A stretch of DNA of 64,000 bases from Escherichia phage vB_EcoM_SP13. The notes under the pieces are model-generated. The model was not told where the DNA came from, did no database searches, and worked only from the letters and a program-made list of their open reading frames with translations. Location of the stretch: sequence record OP352608; one strand, 5' to 3'. The position numbers and the translations under genes are program-made. Numbering within the stretch: the stretch's first letter is position 1; each line of letters opens with the position of its first letter. This document shows, one piece after another, positions 48,875-58,654 of this stretch.

Positions 48875-49138
48875 ATGGGCGCTTTCCGTAACGAGTTCAC
48901 CTGGAACGTTACCAGCAATCTCTCGACTTGTCCTAACTGTGCAAGCGATGTTATCAAGGTGCGGCAGCATCGCAACGCGGAGGAAGGTGCCTGGGAAGAT
49001 GGCGACCTTGTAGAGTGCCAGTGCTGCTCTCATGAAGGTGTTGTTGAGCTTCAAGCTGGTGAAGGTTGCCCACCAGCAGAGCGCACAGCACGCGTTGAAT
49101 GGGATGCAACAGACTCCATTGGTGATCCTCAACAGTAA
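48875..49138 (+). CDS. zinc-ribbon protein (putative)
   Basis: CPNC ... CQCC cysteine pairs. Confidence 0.4.
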   Translation: MGAFRNEFTWNVTSNLSTCPNCASDVIKVRQHRNAEEGAWEDGDLVECQCCSHEGVVELQAGEGCPPAERTARVEWDATDSIGDPQQ

Positions 49139-49257
49139 ATTTAGGTATAGATACTTATGAAAGCCGTAAAGAAATACACATTAATCATTTCCCTTGTCAT
49201 CATCCTGGGGCTATTATATGTATTGGATATGGCATATTATTTGGCAGGGGTGAGTGG

Positions 49258-49548
49258 ATGAATATTGTAATTCTTTATGGTGAAAATATCAGCGATGACG
49301 ACATCGAAGTTGCCGTTGATGTTTACGGTATCGATGAGGTGAAACGTGTTGAAGAAATTAGTGGCGCAAATCTCAATGAGATTGTCAAAGAAGCTTGCTG
49401 CCCTTCGGAAGAGATTCTGGTGGTTACTAACGATGACCTGTCTTCTATGGATCATTTGCGCCGCATCTTCACCGATTGCCAATACCTTCATGCTGTTCAA
49501 TCAGTAAACAAATTGAGAAAGGCATACGCCAACCAATTTCCTTGCTGA
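49258..49548 (+). CDS. hypothetical protein
   Basis: 96-aa ORF. Confidence 0.35.
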   Translation: MNIVILYGENISDDDIEVAVDVYGIDEVKRVEEISGANLNEIVKEACCPSEEILVVTNDDLSSMDHLRRIFTDCQYLHAVQSVNKLRKAYANQFPC

Positions 49549-49598
49549 TAGTTCACCAGTTATATTGCTTTAAATTGAGTTTTACTATATTAATATAC

Positions 49599-49618
49599 AA
49601 CGCCAGATTTCTGGCGTT
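49599..49618 (+). terminator. rho-independent terminator / 5' leader hairpin (AACGCCAGA TTTC TGGCGTT)
   Basis: Perfect 8-bp stem followed by TATTT; lies just downstream of a TTGCTT-N17-TATATT box (49565-49593). Confidence 0.5.
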
Positions 49619-49684
49619 TATTTACCGCACCCTGAAAGGATATATCCATGCAACAATATAACAAAGCCGTATCAGGAGGATTAA

Positions 49685-51355
49685 ATGTCAATTAATAATG
49701 ACAATCTTCCAGAGGATACAGGTGATGAATTTGGTGCAATCTTTGACGAAATTCAAGATGCAGGCGTTTCGGAAGAAATGCAGGCAGCAGAGCAGCAAGG
49801 CACCAGAGCTAAAATCAGCCTTCAACATAAAGCCGTTGAAAAAGATTCAGAGCGCATGGAATGCTACGGTGAAGAAGACTTGGTTGAAAGAGCACGCTTG
49901 CTCGCCTCACTTCAGGTAATCAAGTTCCCTCACTACAAGCCGACCAAAGATGACTTCGTTCTACAGGCAGACCGGACGAGTGACATGAACCGTTATGCGG
50001 TTTTCGACGCGTTGTTTGATAAGGGAAGTGGCGTTGTTCCATTCCCTCACAAAGATACTTTTCGTGGGCGCTTAGTCGACCATCGCGGCGAAACATTCAC
50101 CGACCGTACTTTGGAAGTCACAGAGATAGTTGCCGCTGTCGACGCAGCAGGATTGTCCAACCCAAACTCACGTCAGGTCGCTCAATCCTATAAGGAATGG
50201 GCCATGCGTTATCAGCGCGACGACCTGATGGACTTCTTCTACAAGAAGCTGCCTGAATGGGACGGTACTGCGCGCATCGAGAAATACCTTATCGAGCTAT
50301 TCCGACCGTTCGATACAGAGTTAAACCGACAAATCGGTGTGTATTTTTGGCTATCGCTCTACAACCGCCTGACCAACCCTGGCTGTCAAGCGCCAATTTC
50401 TATCGCGCTCATCGGCGGCCAGAACGCAGGGAAGAGTTATTTTAGCAAGCTGCTTTGCGAAGCTATTATGAACGACCGCCACGCAACACCGATTCCGTTG
50501 AACTTAGCCGCGCAAAACTTCAACCCGTTCTTGCGAGCTATTACGGGTCGCTCAATTATCGCGAACGTTGGCGAGATGACAGGCTTTAAAAAGGCCGACA
50601 TCGAAAACATGAAAGCATTCCTGACTAAGACGGAAGATGACCTGGACTTCAAATTTGAAGATACGCAGGTTAAACCACGCCAGTGGATTGCGATAATGGA
50701 CGGCAACGAATACGCAGGTATGCAGCGTGATGACACGGGCAACCGTCGTGTGTATCCTATCTTTGTTGGCCAACTCGCCGACAAGGACGGGCAACCGAAC
50801 TGGTCGAAAGACTTCCAAGCTGACCTTTCCACTTTGAAAGAAGACGTTTGGCAATTGATGGCTGAGTGCGCTGCTTGGATGGAGAAGCACGGCGAAGCAG
50901 GTTACAACGCGTTTGTTGGTGAAACATCTCGCATGCTCACTGAGTTTAGTAAGAACGAAATGGAACGTGCACGCGGCGTTATTCGTGATGAGATGGTTGA
51001 CAACGACCTTGTTGAAGTCGTCATTACCGCGCCTTATGACCGACATCACAGCGGACGCTGGCACATAACCAGTGGTGCTATTGCTATGGGATTCAGAGCG
51101 AAGTGCGGCAAGTCGCCTTTCTCTCGTACCCTTGCGCCGCACATGTCGAAGCTTGGTTTTGAGCCTGCAACCTATCGCAACCAGCGCGGTTACTTTACGC
51201 CGCTGATTAAGAATGAAGCAGGAGAATACATTTCTGATTTGATGACCATCTTAGCGTATCTTATCCGCGATGAGTCTGACCCTGAAGATATTGAATTCTT
51301 GAAGAAGGTTATTGAGCGTAAACGTTCTTTGGGAAGAGATAAGGATGAATTCTGA
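49685..51355 (+). CDS. VirE/P4-type primase-helicase family NTPase
   Basis: Walker A IGGQNAGKSYF and downstream NTPase motifs in C-terminal half; 556 aa. Confidence 0.5.
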   Translation: MSINNDNLPEDTGDEFGAIFDEIQDAGVSEEMQAAEQQGTRAKISLQHKAVEKDSERMECYGEEDLVERARLLASLQVIKFPHYKPTKDDFVLQADRTSDMNRYAVFDALFDKGSGVVPFPHKDTFRGRLVDHRGETFTDRTLEVTEIVAAVDAAGLSNPNSRQVAQSYKEWAMRYQRDDLMDFFYKKLPEWDGTARIEKYLIELFRPFDTELNRQIGVYFWLSLYNRLTNPGCQAPISIALIGGQNAGKSYFSKLLCEAIMNDRHATPIPLNLAAQNFNPFLRAITGRSIIANVGEMTGFKKADIENMKAFLTKTEDDLDFKFEDTQVKPRQWIAIMDGNEYAGMQRDDTGNRRVYPIFVGQLADKDGQPNWSKDFQADLSTLKEDVWQLMAECAAWMEKHGEAGYNAFVGETSRMLTEFSKNEMERARGVIRDEMVDNDLVEVVITAPYDRHHSGRWHITSGAIAMGFRAKCGKSPFSRTLAPHMSKLGFEPATYRNQRGYFTPLIKNEAGEYISDLMTILAYLIRDESDPEDIEFLKKVIERKRSLGRDKDEF

Positions 51356-52002
51356 TGAATAAAGCAATCAACATCGCTAAATTCTTTCAACATCTTGGTG
51401 AACTGAACAAAGAAAGTGACGTTCACGGCGAAGAAATGAACCGGATGATTTCAACCGTGTTGCGTGGCTTTGGTTATGATAAGGACTCCATCACTTGCAA
51501 GCGTACAAAACTTGTCGATGAGTCTTATCTTTACTACGTAGAGCTGCGCATTGGTAAAGATGTAATGATTATTGACCCTAAACTGGAAGGGGCGCACTGT
51601 TTTGGCGCTCATCCTCGTGCGAGTGAATTCAAGGGTCGCGGTCGCAACCGAATCCAGAAGCTTGATGACGCAGGCGACTTGAACATTGCCATGTTCCTCA
51701 AAGAGTTCCTTGCGCTACCGAAGGTTGCATCATCCACTGGCCGTGATGACCCTTGCAAGATTGGATTCAGAACTAAAGATTTGCGCAATGCGCTACGCAA
51801 GAAGGGATTTGTGCCTTCTTATGACAACGTCGCCGCGCTGATGGCTTCAATGGAGGAAGCTGAAGCGATGGACAAGGTGCGCGGCTATTTCCTGAATACA
51901 GGCTTCACCATGTATGAATGGCACACGAAGGGATTGACTGTCGCCGACTTCATCTATTCATTAGAGCAGAAGTATGTACGCAATATGCAGGCCACAGGAT
52001 AA
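51355..52002 (+). CDS. hypothetical protein
   Basis: 215-aa ORF overlapping previous stop. Confidence 0.4.
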   Translation: MNKAINIAKFFQHLGELNKESDVHGEEMNRMISTVLRGFGYDKDSITCKRTKLVDESYLYYVELRIGKDVMIIDPKLEGAHCFGAHPRASEFKGRGRNRIQKLDDAGDLNIAMFLKEFLALPKVASSTGRDDPCKIGFRTKDLRNALRKKGFVPSYDNVAALMASMEEAEAMDKVRGYFLNTGFTMYEWHTKGLTVADFIYSLEQKYVRNMQATG

Positions 52003-52041
52003 TTATCATCAAAATATTTGCTTTTCTGACGAGGTGATATT

Positions 52042-52266
52042 ATGATTAATTTAGACAGGATTGAGTTAGCACTTAGTACCTTAATCAAATATTACCAGTT
52101 TGCTTTTAAGGCTAGTTTGTTTGGCTTGTTCAATCCTCATCAAGCAGCAAAGGCGAGAAGCAATGCCAACCGCCTGCGCTGCACTGGTATAGTTATCCAC
52201 GACCGGATATTGACAGAGGGTAGATTCAGCCATGAATACACAGGGGAGAATAACAAATCAACGTAG
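52042..52266 (+). CDS. hypothetical early protein
   Basis: GAGGTGA RBS. Confidence 0.35.
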   Translation: MINLDRIELALSTLIKYYQFAFKASLFGLFNPHQAAKARSNANRLRCTGIVIHDRILTEGRFSHEYTGENNKST

Positions 52267-52437
52267 GGCTTTACAAGTCCTCATCCACTACCTGTCACGC
52301 CTTTATCCAACGGCGCACGAGCAGAATCCAGCGACTGGTAATCTGTTTAAGCGCCGTAACCTTTCGTTAAAAACATTCGCTTTAATCCAATATGACCGCT
52401 ACCTGGACGGGCGCTACTGCGGCCCGAAGGATTCTCT

Positions 52438-52716
52438 ATGATTACTACATACAAAGTATTCTTTGTCAAGTGCACATCATCTATTGATGACCAATTTACT
52501 GCTGGCAAGAATTATCCCGTGATTTCTGAGTCAAAGCTAGATATAATCTTGAACGATCATGAAATCTATGAGCCGATGCCAGCGACTGCGTTTGATGTTA
52601 TCGGTCACGTTCGGATCAAGACGAATGTTGAGACGATGCATGACCCGTTGTTCAAGAAGCAAATCAAGAATGCCATGCAAGACTTTTGCGCGGCCATGTT
52701 TAAATATTATAAGTGA
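52438..52716 (+). CDS. hypothetical early protein
   Basis: 92-aa ORF. Confidence 0.35.
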   Translation: MITTYKVFFVKCTSSIDDQFTAGKNYPVISESKLDIILNDHEIYEPMPATAFDVIGHVRIKTNVETMHDPLFKKQIKNAMQDFCAAMFKYYK

Positions 52717-52723
52717 GTTGAAG

Positions 52724-52945
52724 ATGAGCAAGAAAACCCTTAAGGCTGGCGACCGTATCCGTTGGATGTCAGGACAGAATATGCGCGCAGGCACCATCCT
52801 TGAGCTGGACCAGTACCTTACCGATTCACGCGGTCGCAATCATTACCGCGTTCGAATCGATACAGTAAAAGAAGATGACAAGTCACTGGTTGGTGAAGTC
52901 GTCATCGTAACTCCACGTCAAATCAAGGCGGCTTGTGAAGCGTGA
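52724..52945 (+). CDS. hypothetical small protein
   Basis: 73 aa from ATG 52724. Confidence 0.3.
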   Translation: MSKKTLKAGDRIRWMSGQNMRAGTILELDQYLTDSRGRNHYRVRIDTVKEDDKSLVGEVVIVTPRQIKAACEA

Positions 52946-53099
52946 ATAAATATCAATTTAACGATAATAAAATCAGTAAGGCAGACGCAATCAAGCAGCT
53001 TCGTCGCGTACTTGAAGCCAGCGGTCACACGAAAGAGCGTGCACGCGTCCTGGCCAAAGAGCATTATAAACGTTTTGTGTCACAAATCAGAGGTTAATT

Positions 53100-53582
53100 A
53101 TGATCATCCATCGCCCTTTAATGTTAAGTAAAACAGAAGCAGCAATTATTTTAGCGGCAGCAAGTCAATGTAACGTTCCAATTCCATTAAGGATGAAAAT
53201 AAATAAATTCATCGACAGCGAGTTTGCAGATGTTGAGTCATTCGATATTTTACCGCCAACCAAAAGGCATGTTGAAAGACTTGTACATCACCAATCACGT
53301 TGCGCAAAAGTTCCTATTCAAACTTATGTTGATAAAAAGCCGCGCCTTAAACCTGTTCCGGCTGATAAGATAGAAGTTGGTGACGTTATTGTTTGCGTAT
53401 ATTACGGCAGTCAGATTTTCAATGCTGTTGTAGTAAGGCGATACAGCATGAACGGTTGCCAATACATGGAAGTGACGAACGCAAAGAAAGAACCTGGCAG
53501 CTTGAACGTGGCTTACGCATTAAGGGAATTCAGCAGTCCTTCTTGCACTCTTTATAAGGTACTCGACCATGGCTCATGTTAA
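53100..53582 (+). CDS. hypothetical early protein
   Basis: 160-aa ORF. Confidence 0.4.
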   Translation: MIIHRPLMLSKTEAAIILAAASQCNVPIPLRMKINKFIDSEFADVESFDILPPTKRHVERLVHHQSRCAKVPIQTYVDKKPRLKPVPADKIEVGDVIVCVYYGSQIFNAVVVRRYSMNGCQYMEVTNAKKEPGSLNVAYALREFSSPSCTLYKVLDHGSC

Positions 53583-53916
53583 AGACGAAGTGTTGTTTGG
53601 CGCAGAGATTAAGAAACGTGTCAGAGAAATGGCAGGAGAAGAAAGAGTGAAGTCGCTGCGAAAAGGTTTTGATCACATCAATGGTGTATCCGGCACGAAG
53701 GAGATGGGCGTGTTGGTAAAAGACATTCGCATTGGCGATGTCATGGTCATCGACCGACAAGCACGAGTCGTTATCCAGGTGCAACCGAACGATGATGAAG
53801 GATGTGTCCTATTGAAGCTGAAGAAGCTTTCATCCAGCCCAGCAAAAGCCGTCATCAAGAAGGTCTGGCCCGAAGGATTACGCAAACTCATTCGTCGACC
53901 CGTGGAGAATGTATAA
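53569..53916 (+). CDS. hypothetical early protein
   Basis: 115-aa ORF. Confidence 0.4.
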   Translation: MAHVKDEVLFGAEIKKRVREMAGEERVKSLRKGFDHINGVSGTKEMGVLVKDIRIGDVMVIDRQARVVIQVQPNDDEGCVLLKLKKLSSSPAKAVIKKVWPEGLRKLIRRPVENV

Positions 53917-54152
53917 TGGAAGATTATATCAATGCGATGTACATGGCATTCTATGTCGTGCAACTTCCCAATGGCGCGGTATTTTATGGCGAGTATACCT
54001 TTGACGTTCAATATGACGTTTCAGAGCGTACAGTGTTAACAAGGGAGTTGATTGCGGACCTTAAGGACGACATAAAACGCGTCGCGCGGCAGCAGTTCAA
54101 TTTGGATGACACCGTCATCGTTCGAATTACCGGAATAACAGAGGTGCAGTGA
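53916..54152 (+). CDS. hypothetical small protein
   Basis: 78 aa, ATG overlapping previous stop. Confidence 0.35.
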   Translation: MEDYINAMYMAFYVVQLPNGAVFYGEYTFDVQYDVSERTVLTRELIADLKDDIKRVARQQFNLDDTVIVRITGITEVQ

Positions 54153-54481
54153 TGACCCGTGATCAGATACTCGCCGCGCATGAGCGTGAGAAGGTGAAAG
54201 AGATTTGTAAAAGGCACGCATTATTTGCTGACTCTTATGTGTTCTTAAAGTCTTGCATCAAACAAAACGCAAGGATGGATAACACTGTATTGACATTCAA
54301 CCTTTTGTCTAACGGAGCAAAGCTTGATGCAATATGCGGGTGCAGAATTGCCAGCATGACGTTTGAACGAGGTGCTCACAAAGACTCTTTCTTCTATCAA
54401 TTCTCCCACCGGACGGGTGATACAAAGATAACAAGGACAAGGCACGAGATAGAGATTGACCTACTCCACTATGTAAAATGA
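54149..54481 (+). CDS. hypothetical early protein
   Basis: 110-aa ORF. Confidence 0.4.
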   Translation: MMTRDQILAAHEREKVKEICKRHALFADSYVFLKSCIKQNARMDNTVLTFNLLSNGAKLDAICGCRIASMTFERGAHKDSFFYQFSHRTGDTKITRTRHEIEIDLLHYVK

Positions 54482-54497
54482 ATGTCAAAGGTGATTT

Positions 54498-54692
54498 ATG
54501 AGTGTTAAACTAGACATACAGAAAACTCTTGATAAGGCCGCTGCAATAAAGAACTTCATGGATTGTTATGCCAGTTGCACGCTTTATGGAAGCGTGCCAA
54601 ACGGCGACGTAAGGCCGGAAAGCATGCTTGAGTGGCTTGTTGAACATCGTTACATCATCGACATAGTTGATGAATACATAAAGCAGAAATGA
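54498..54692 (+). CDS. hypothetical small protein
   Basis: 64-aa ORF with RBS. Confidence 0.35.
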   Translation: MSVKLDIQKTLDKAAAIKNFMDCYASCTLYGSVPNGDVRPESMLEWLVEHRYIIDIVDEYIKQK

Positions 54693-54716
54693 ATATCAAA
54701 AAGGTGAGCTAAATGC

Positions 54717-54745
54717 TTGCCTTTTCTTTTATCAATACTTATACT
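54717..54745 (+). promoter_or_regulatory. sigma70-like promoter TTGCCT-N17-TATACT within conserved 50-bp element
   Basis: Element CAAAAAGGTGAGCTAAATGCTTGCCTTTT... is repeated at 55949. Confidence 0.45.
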
Positions 54746-54776
54746 CTTTTCATCAAGACGAAAAGTGAGGTGAATT

Positions 54777-55094
54777 ATGATTTACTTAGGCATCGACAAG
54801 GAACAAGACGAGCGGTTAGGAAGCGTGTTAAACGTAGACTTGAACACAGCTGTACACATCAAGCCTTGGCCAGATGGCCACCCCGACGTAGTTGTACCCG
54901 TTGCGCCTTGGACGCGTTACGTTGCCATTGACAATAACGGCCTTGTTCATTGTTATTCAGAAAGGCCAACGTATTTCGAGATGTACCGCGAATGGCTCAT
55001 GACTGGATGGGCAAAGGTGCGCTGTTGCGGCGAAGTCGGTCTGGATGGCTGGAGCTTCGAGGCTAGTGAATCGTGTGTCGAGGTGCAATTATGA
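54777..55094 (+). CDS. hypothetical early protein
   Basis: GTGAGGTGA RBS. Confidence 0.4.
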   Translation: MIYLGIDKEQDERLGSVLNVDLNTAVHIKPWPDGHPDVVVPVAPWTRYVAIDNNGLVHCYSERPTYFEMYREWLMTGWAKVRCCGEVGLDGWSFEASESCVEVQL

Positions 55095-55309
55095 ATGGCG
55101 CGCTGGGTAAGTTGTCTTTCAACAAGCGTAATGAGCTGCGCATGGTGTCGCGCTTTCAGTTTGTATTGAACGCAATGTCGAATATTGCCATCACGATGCT
55201 TCGCGCTGATTGCCCTGCTGAAAAGCGTGAGACTTTATTTGAACGTCACAACCAATTACGAAAGGCTGCTTATAAGCTGCAGCAATATGCTATGGAGTAT
55301 GCAAAATGA
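55091..55309 (+). CDS. hypothetical small protein
   Basis: GAGGTG RBS 5 nt before ATG 55091. Confidence 0.35.
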   Translation: MNGALGKLSFNKRNELRMVSRFQFVLNAMSNIAITMLRADCPAEKRETLFERHNQLRKAAYKLQQYAMEYAK

Positions 55310-55689
55310 GAATGAAGCGTTGCCCTTACTGCCACGATGTGATGCACCTTCCACACGAAGAGTTTGTGCAGCACATGACTAACTGTGATAAGAATCCTAA
55401 TAGCGAAAGCCAGCTTGAAGAAAGAATGTTCTTGGTGTCATTCAAAGCTTCTGCTTATGAAGTGCAACGTTCTTACGGCGCACCAAGTACGATTTACTGT
55501 CCAACAACATTGAGAAGTGATATCGACTCAATTCAGCTTGCTGCCTGGATTAACGTTAAGGAAGGAATCACGCCGCACTTTATTGCGCGCATCCAATCTC
55601 AGATTCTACAAATGAAGCGCGAATACAACCGTGACATCACTGAAGTGAAGGTGTTGTCCATCACGCCAATGAATAAGGAGTTGCCGTGA
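55306..55689 (+). CDS. zinc-finger-like protein (putative)
   Basis: CPYCH ... H ... H ... C near N-terminus. Confidence 0.35.
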   Translation: MRMKRCPYCHDVMHLPHEEFVQHMTNCDKNPNSESQLEERMFLVSFKASAYEVQRSYGAPSTIYCPTTLRSDIDSIQLAAWINVKEGITPHFIARIQSQILQMKREYNRDITEVKVLSITPMNKELP

Positions 55690-55946
55690 ACAAGGGTCCG
55701 ATGACTAAGTTAGCCGTTGCCGCGCGGAAGCTTCGACAAGCCGTTAATGGGTCGCGCCCCGTGGTGTTAACACTCGACGACGCAAAGGCACTGGTAGAGC
55801 TACTCGACGAGCACAACCGACGCAAGAATCTGGAGAACACATTACGCTGGCGCGTTACTCCGAAAGGGCGGGAGAGTGAAAAGAAAGCTTACTTGCGACG
55901 CAAACTAAGGTCGGTCGGCCTCCACGAAGAGGCGAAGAATATTTAA
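55686..55946 (+). CDS. hypothetical basic protein
   Basis: 86-aa ORF. Confidence 0.35.
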   Translation: MNKGPMTKLAVAARKLRQAVNGSRPVVLTLDDAKALVELLDEHNRRKNLENTLRWRVTPKGRESEKKAYLRRKLRSVGLHEEAKNI

Positions 55947-55968
55947 TTCAAAAAGGTGATCTAAATGC

Positions 55969-55996
55969 TTGCCTTTTTATTTGCCTGTATTATACT
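55969..55996 (+). promoter_or_regulatory. sigma70-like promoter TTGCCT-N16-TATACT (second copy of conserved element)
   Basis: Same upstream AAAAAGGTGAxCTAAATGCTTGCCTTTT sequence as at 54697. Confidence 0.45.
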
Positions 55997-56024
55997 TAGT
56001 TCATCAAGCAAAGGAGATTTGATT

Positions 56025-56327
56025 ATGAGTTACGACGAAAGGTTTGGCAGAAGTGGATTATTTCACGATGCTGTATGTAAGGACAGCCAAGATGTTGTCT
56101 GCGTATTCAACGTTGATTCTTACGGCGTGCTCAAACCGTTTAAAATCGGTGAGACATACGAATTGTTTCACGGATGGTTGACGCGTCGCAACAACCTTCC
56201 TGATATGGAAGTCTGGTGGATAGAATATAAGGGCCAGGCCCATCGCTGCAAGGTTGTAGAGGTGCGCGGCGTGAACTACTATCAATCTGTTATCAGCGGC
56301 TTTGTTTTTAAAGAGGGTGAGCTATGA
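56025..56327 (+). CDS. hypothetical early protein
   Basis: AAAGGAG RBS before ATG 56025. Confidence 0.4.
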   Translation: MSYDERFGRSGLFHDAVCKDSQDVVCVFNVDSYGVLKPFKIGETYELFHGWLTRRNNLPDMEVWWIEYKGQAHRCKVVEVRGVNYYQSVISGFVFKEGEL

Positions 56328-56629
56328 GTACCGAAGCAATGAAGAAAAAGATTTTGAACGCTTTGCAAGAAGCCGTGAACTGTGGTGCAATTAAAGAGTT
56401 CAAGGAGACGCAAGAAGGCGGTGAGCCAGTATTCTTCTTTAAGAATAAAAAGGACGGTGTAGCGGCAATCATGCTATTAAAGAATAGTGATGATACATTT
56501 ATTCTTTGCGTCGGCGGTTACGACCTTGTCACTGATGATGCATTCATCACTTGTGTCGACGGCCTTAATCCTATGTTGACATTTGAGCGTCGCGCCATCC
56601 GTGTTGCAACGTTTGGAGGGAATTTATGA
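56324..56629 (+). CDS. hypothetical early protein
   Basis: 101-aa ORF. Confidence 0.4.
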   Translation: MSTEAMKKKILNALQEAVNCGAIKEFKETQEGGEPVFFFKNKKDGVAAIMLLKNSDDTFILCVGGYDLVTDDAFITCVDGLNPMLTFERRAIRVATFGGNL

Positions 56630-56811
56630 GTACCGAAGTCCATAACGCTTCAGCAATGGTAAGCTTTTACCGTAACAAAGGCGTGTCACTCGTTAAAACG
56701 CCGCAAGGCATGATGTTCTTTGGCACGCGATTCCTTAAGGCTTCGGAGCGTGAAACGCTGTCCAAGTTTGACCAGAAAACATTGCACGCAGTTTGGAGAA
56801 GACAACAATGA
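56626..56811 (+). CDS. hypothetical small protein
   Basis: 61-aa ORF. Confidence 0.3.
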   Translation: MSTEVHNASAMVSFYRNKGVSLVKTPQGMMFFGTRFLKASERETLSKFDQKTLHAVWRRQQ

Positions 56812-57101
56812 GATTAAGCCTAGCTCAGATTCAGACATTATATCGCATGGAAGACGGCACATCATACATGTTGCGCGGCGACCGCAAGAAGGCTTATGAG
56901 AAACGGCCTTCATTGTTTCACGACGTTAACGCGCCATCAATCCCTGTCTTATTCCGGCTGGGCCTTGTTGACTGGAAAGTGCCAGGAGAGAAAGACCCAA
57001 CTCGATATTCACCGGTTGTGATGACAAAGAAAGGTCGTGCAGCATTAAAAGAAATTAAAGAGCATATGGCTGGAGAAAAATACTATGACATCAAATCTTA
57101 A
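56808..57101 (+). CDS. hypothetical early protein
   Basis: ATG 56808 with GGAG upstream. Confidence 0.35.
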   Translation: MRLSLAQIQTLYRMEDGTSYMLRGDRKKAYEKRPSLFHDVNAPSIPVLFRLGLVDWKVPGEKDPTRYSPVVMTKKGRAALKEIKEHMAGEKYYDIKS

Positions 57102-57265
57102 GGCCCGTTTGTTATTCATCAAGCCGCATGTGCCATATAAGATTAGTAAGCGCACCTGGCTTAACATTTACAACCGCAGCGGCGACCGTTGTCTGTACAA
57201 GGCGAAGCGACGCAAGAAGGTATATTCTTACACAACATCTATCAAATAAATAGGAGAAGACAACA

Positions 57266-57769
57266 ATGAAAATAGAACAACTCGAAGCAGTATTGGAAAT
57301 GGCCGTAAAAGCTGGCGCAATCAGAAGCTATCGCCGCGAGAAGTCGGAAAACGATATGGTGTTTTGTCGCAACTTCTATATCGTCGGCAACCTTAATGAC
57401 CACTACACCATCGAGTGGTATACTAACATGATGACGCTTAAGTCGCGCACCATGGAGCTTTGGTGTGATGACATCTGCTTATCCAACACCCATCCATCCT
57501 ACGACGTTGCATTGGCATTCTATTACGGAAGCCGTCAACCTGTCGCCCACATCGGTGAGAAGCATGAGCATCTTAAGGCGCGACCAGAGGAATCAATGGA
57601 AGGTTGGATTGAATGGGCTGGCGGCAAGAATCCGGTGCCTGGTAAGAAGGTCATGTTGATGTGGAGGAATGAAGGGAAGTCTTCTTATTCATCCAATTCA
57701 GAAGGATGGCTATGGCAGCACAACGGAAGCGTTTATGACATCATTGCTTATCGCGTCGTGGAGGAATAA
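57266..57769 (+). CDS. hypothetical protein with C-terminal DIIAYRVV domain
   Basis: AGGAGAAG RBS; C-terminal domain shared with 58651-59076 product. Confidence 0.45.
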   Translation: MKIEQLEAVLEMAVKAGAIRSYRREKSENDMVFCRNFYIVGNLNDHYTIEWYTNMMTLKSRTMELWCDDICLSNTHPSYDVALAFYYGSRQPVAHIGEKHEHLKARPEESMEGWIEWAGGKNPVPGKKVMLMWRNEGKSSYSSNSEGWLWQHNGSVYDIIAYRVVEE

Positions 57770-58110
57770 TGGAAGAGCAAGAAGGCCGTGAGCTAACATT
57801 TGACGAGCAGATGCAAGAGCTTCAGCGCACATCGCCGCTGCGCGGTAAGGTTGTTGACATTGAGGCGAGCGAATCCAATCTCACCCAGTGGCGACTCAAG
57901 TGCACCAGCACAAGCAAGGATATGTTAAGCTTCAAAGTCGGTCAAACCTATTTGCTTTATGAGGCAAAAGGACTTATTATTGATGGAAGGCAAATCGTCT
58001 TCACGGTAGTCAGCGGAATGCGTTGGTTCGTGAAGCGTGATGTCGAGGGCCGTGATATGTTTGTCGCAGGCTTTCCAGAAACAAGATTCCAATTGGAGAA
58101 GGTTAAATGA
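57769..58110 (+). CDS. hypothetical early protein
   Basis: 113-aa ORF. Confidence 0.4.
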   Translation: MEEQEGRELTFDEQMQELQRTSPLRGKVVDIEASESNLTQWRLKCTSTSKDMLSFKVGQTYLLYEAKGLIIDGRQIVFTVVSGMRWFVKRDVEGRDMFVAGFPETRFQLEKVK

Positions 58111-58436
58111 AATTGAAATGGTACGTGGACCCTGAGCCGACAGGCCAATACAGGTCATTCCAACGTCGCGGCTGGCCGATTTGTTACAGCGGCAATCCCG
58201 ATAAAGAAGATTGCGAGATGCTCGCCGCGATAGTAAGTCTTAACCATGACGGCTATGAAGGCCACTACGCGAGAGCAACCAACCTTCGGCTCAAGGTGCG
58301 CATCCATTTCAAGGTCGCAGGCGAGGACCGCACCGGACTCTCCAAAGAAGAGTTCAGCAGCATTGCCGAAGCAAAGGCATGGCTAAAGGCATTCTACAAG
58401 GCCAATCCTAAATTTTATCCAACTAAGGGTGCATAA
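58107..58436 (+). CDS. hypothetical early protein
   Basis: 109-aa ORF. Confidence 0.4.
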   Translation: MKLKWYVDPEPTGQYRSFQRRGWPICYSGNPDKEDCEMLAAIVSLNHDGYEGHYARATNLRLKVRIHFKVAGEDRTGLSKEEFSSIAEAKAWLKAFYKANPKFYPTKGA

Positions 58437-58654
58437 TGACCGATAAACAATACGCAGTCGGGCAACGTGACATCGAGCAACTCGACGAGGGCGGTTATTA
58501 TACACGCCACATCTATGCTATGACTCAAGAAGGACTTTACAGCAAGTCGGACATCGCCGCTGAACTGGCCCATCGCGACTTGCAAATTGATCTTCTCAAG
58601 ATAGAAGTGCAGAACTTACGAAACACCCTGTTAAACACCTGGAGCTTAAAATGA
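58436..58654 (+). CDS. hypothetical small protein
   Basis: 72-aa ORF. Confidence 0.35.
   Translation: MTDKQYAVGQRDIEQLDEGGYYTRHIYAMTQEGLYSKSDIAAELAHRDLQIDLLKIEVQNLRNTLLNTWSLK

Noticed and set aside
54713-54931. MLAF-prefixed ORFs at 54713 and 55965 as real protein starts
   Set aside because: Their N-termini derive from the duplicated promoter element; the downstream genes have their own RBS and ATG at 54777 and 56025.
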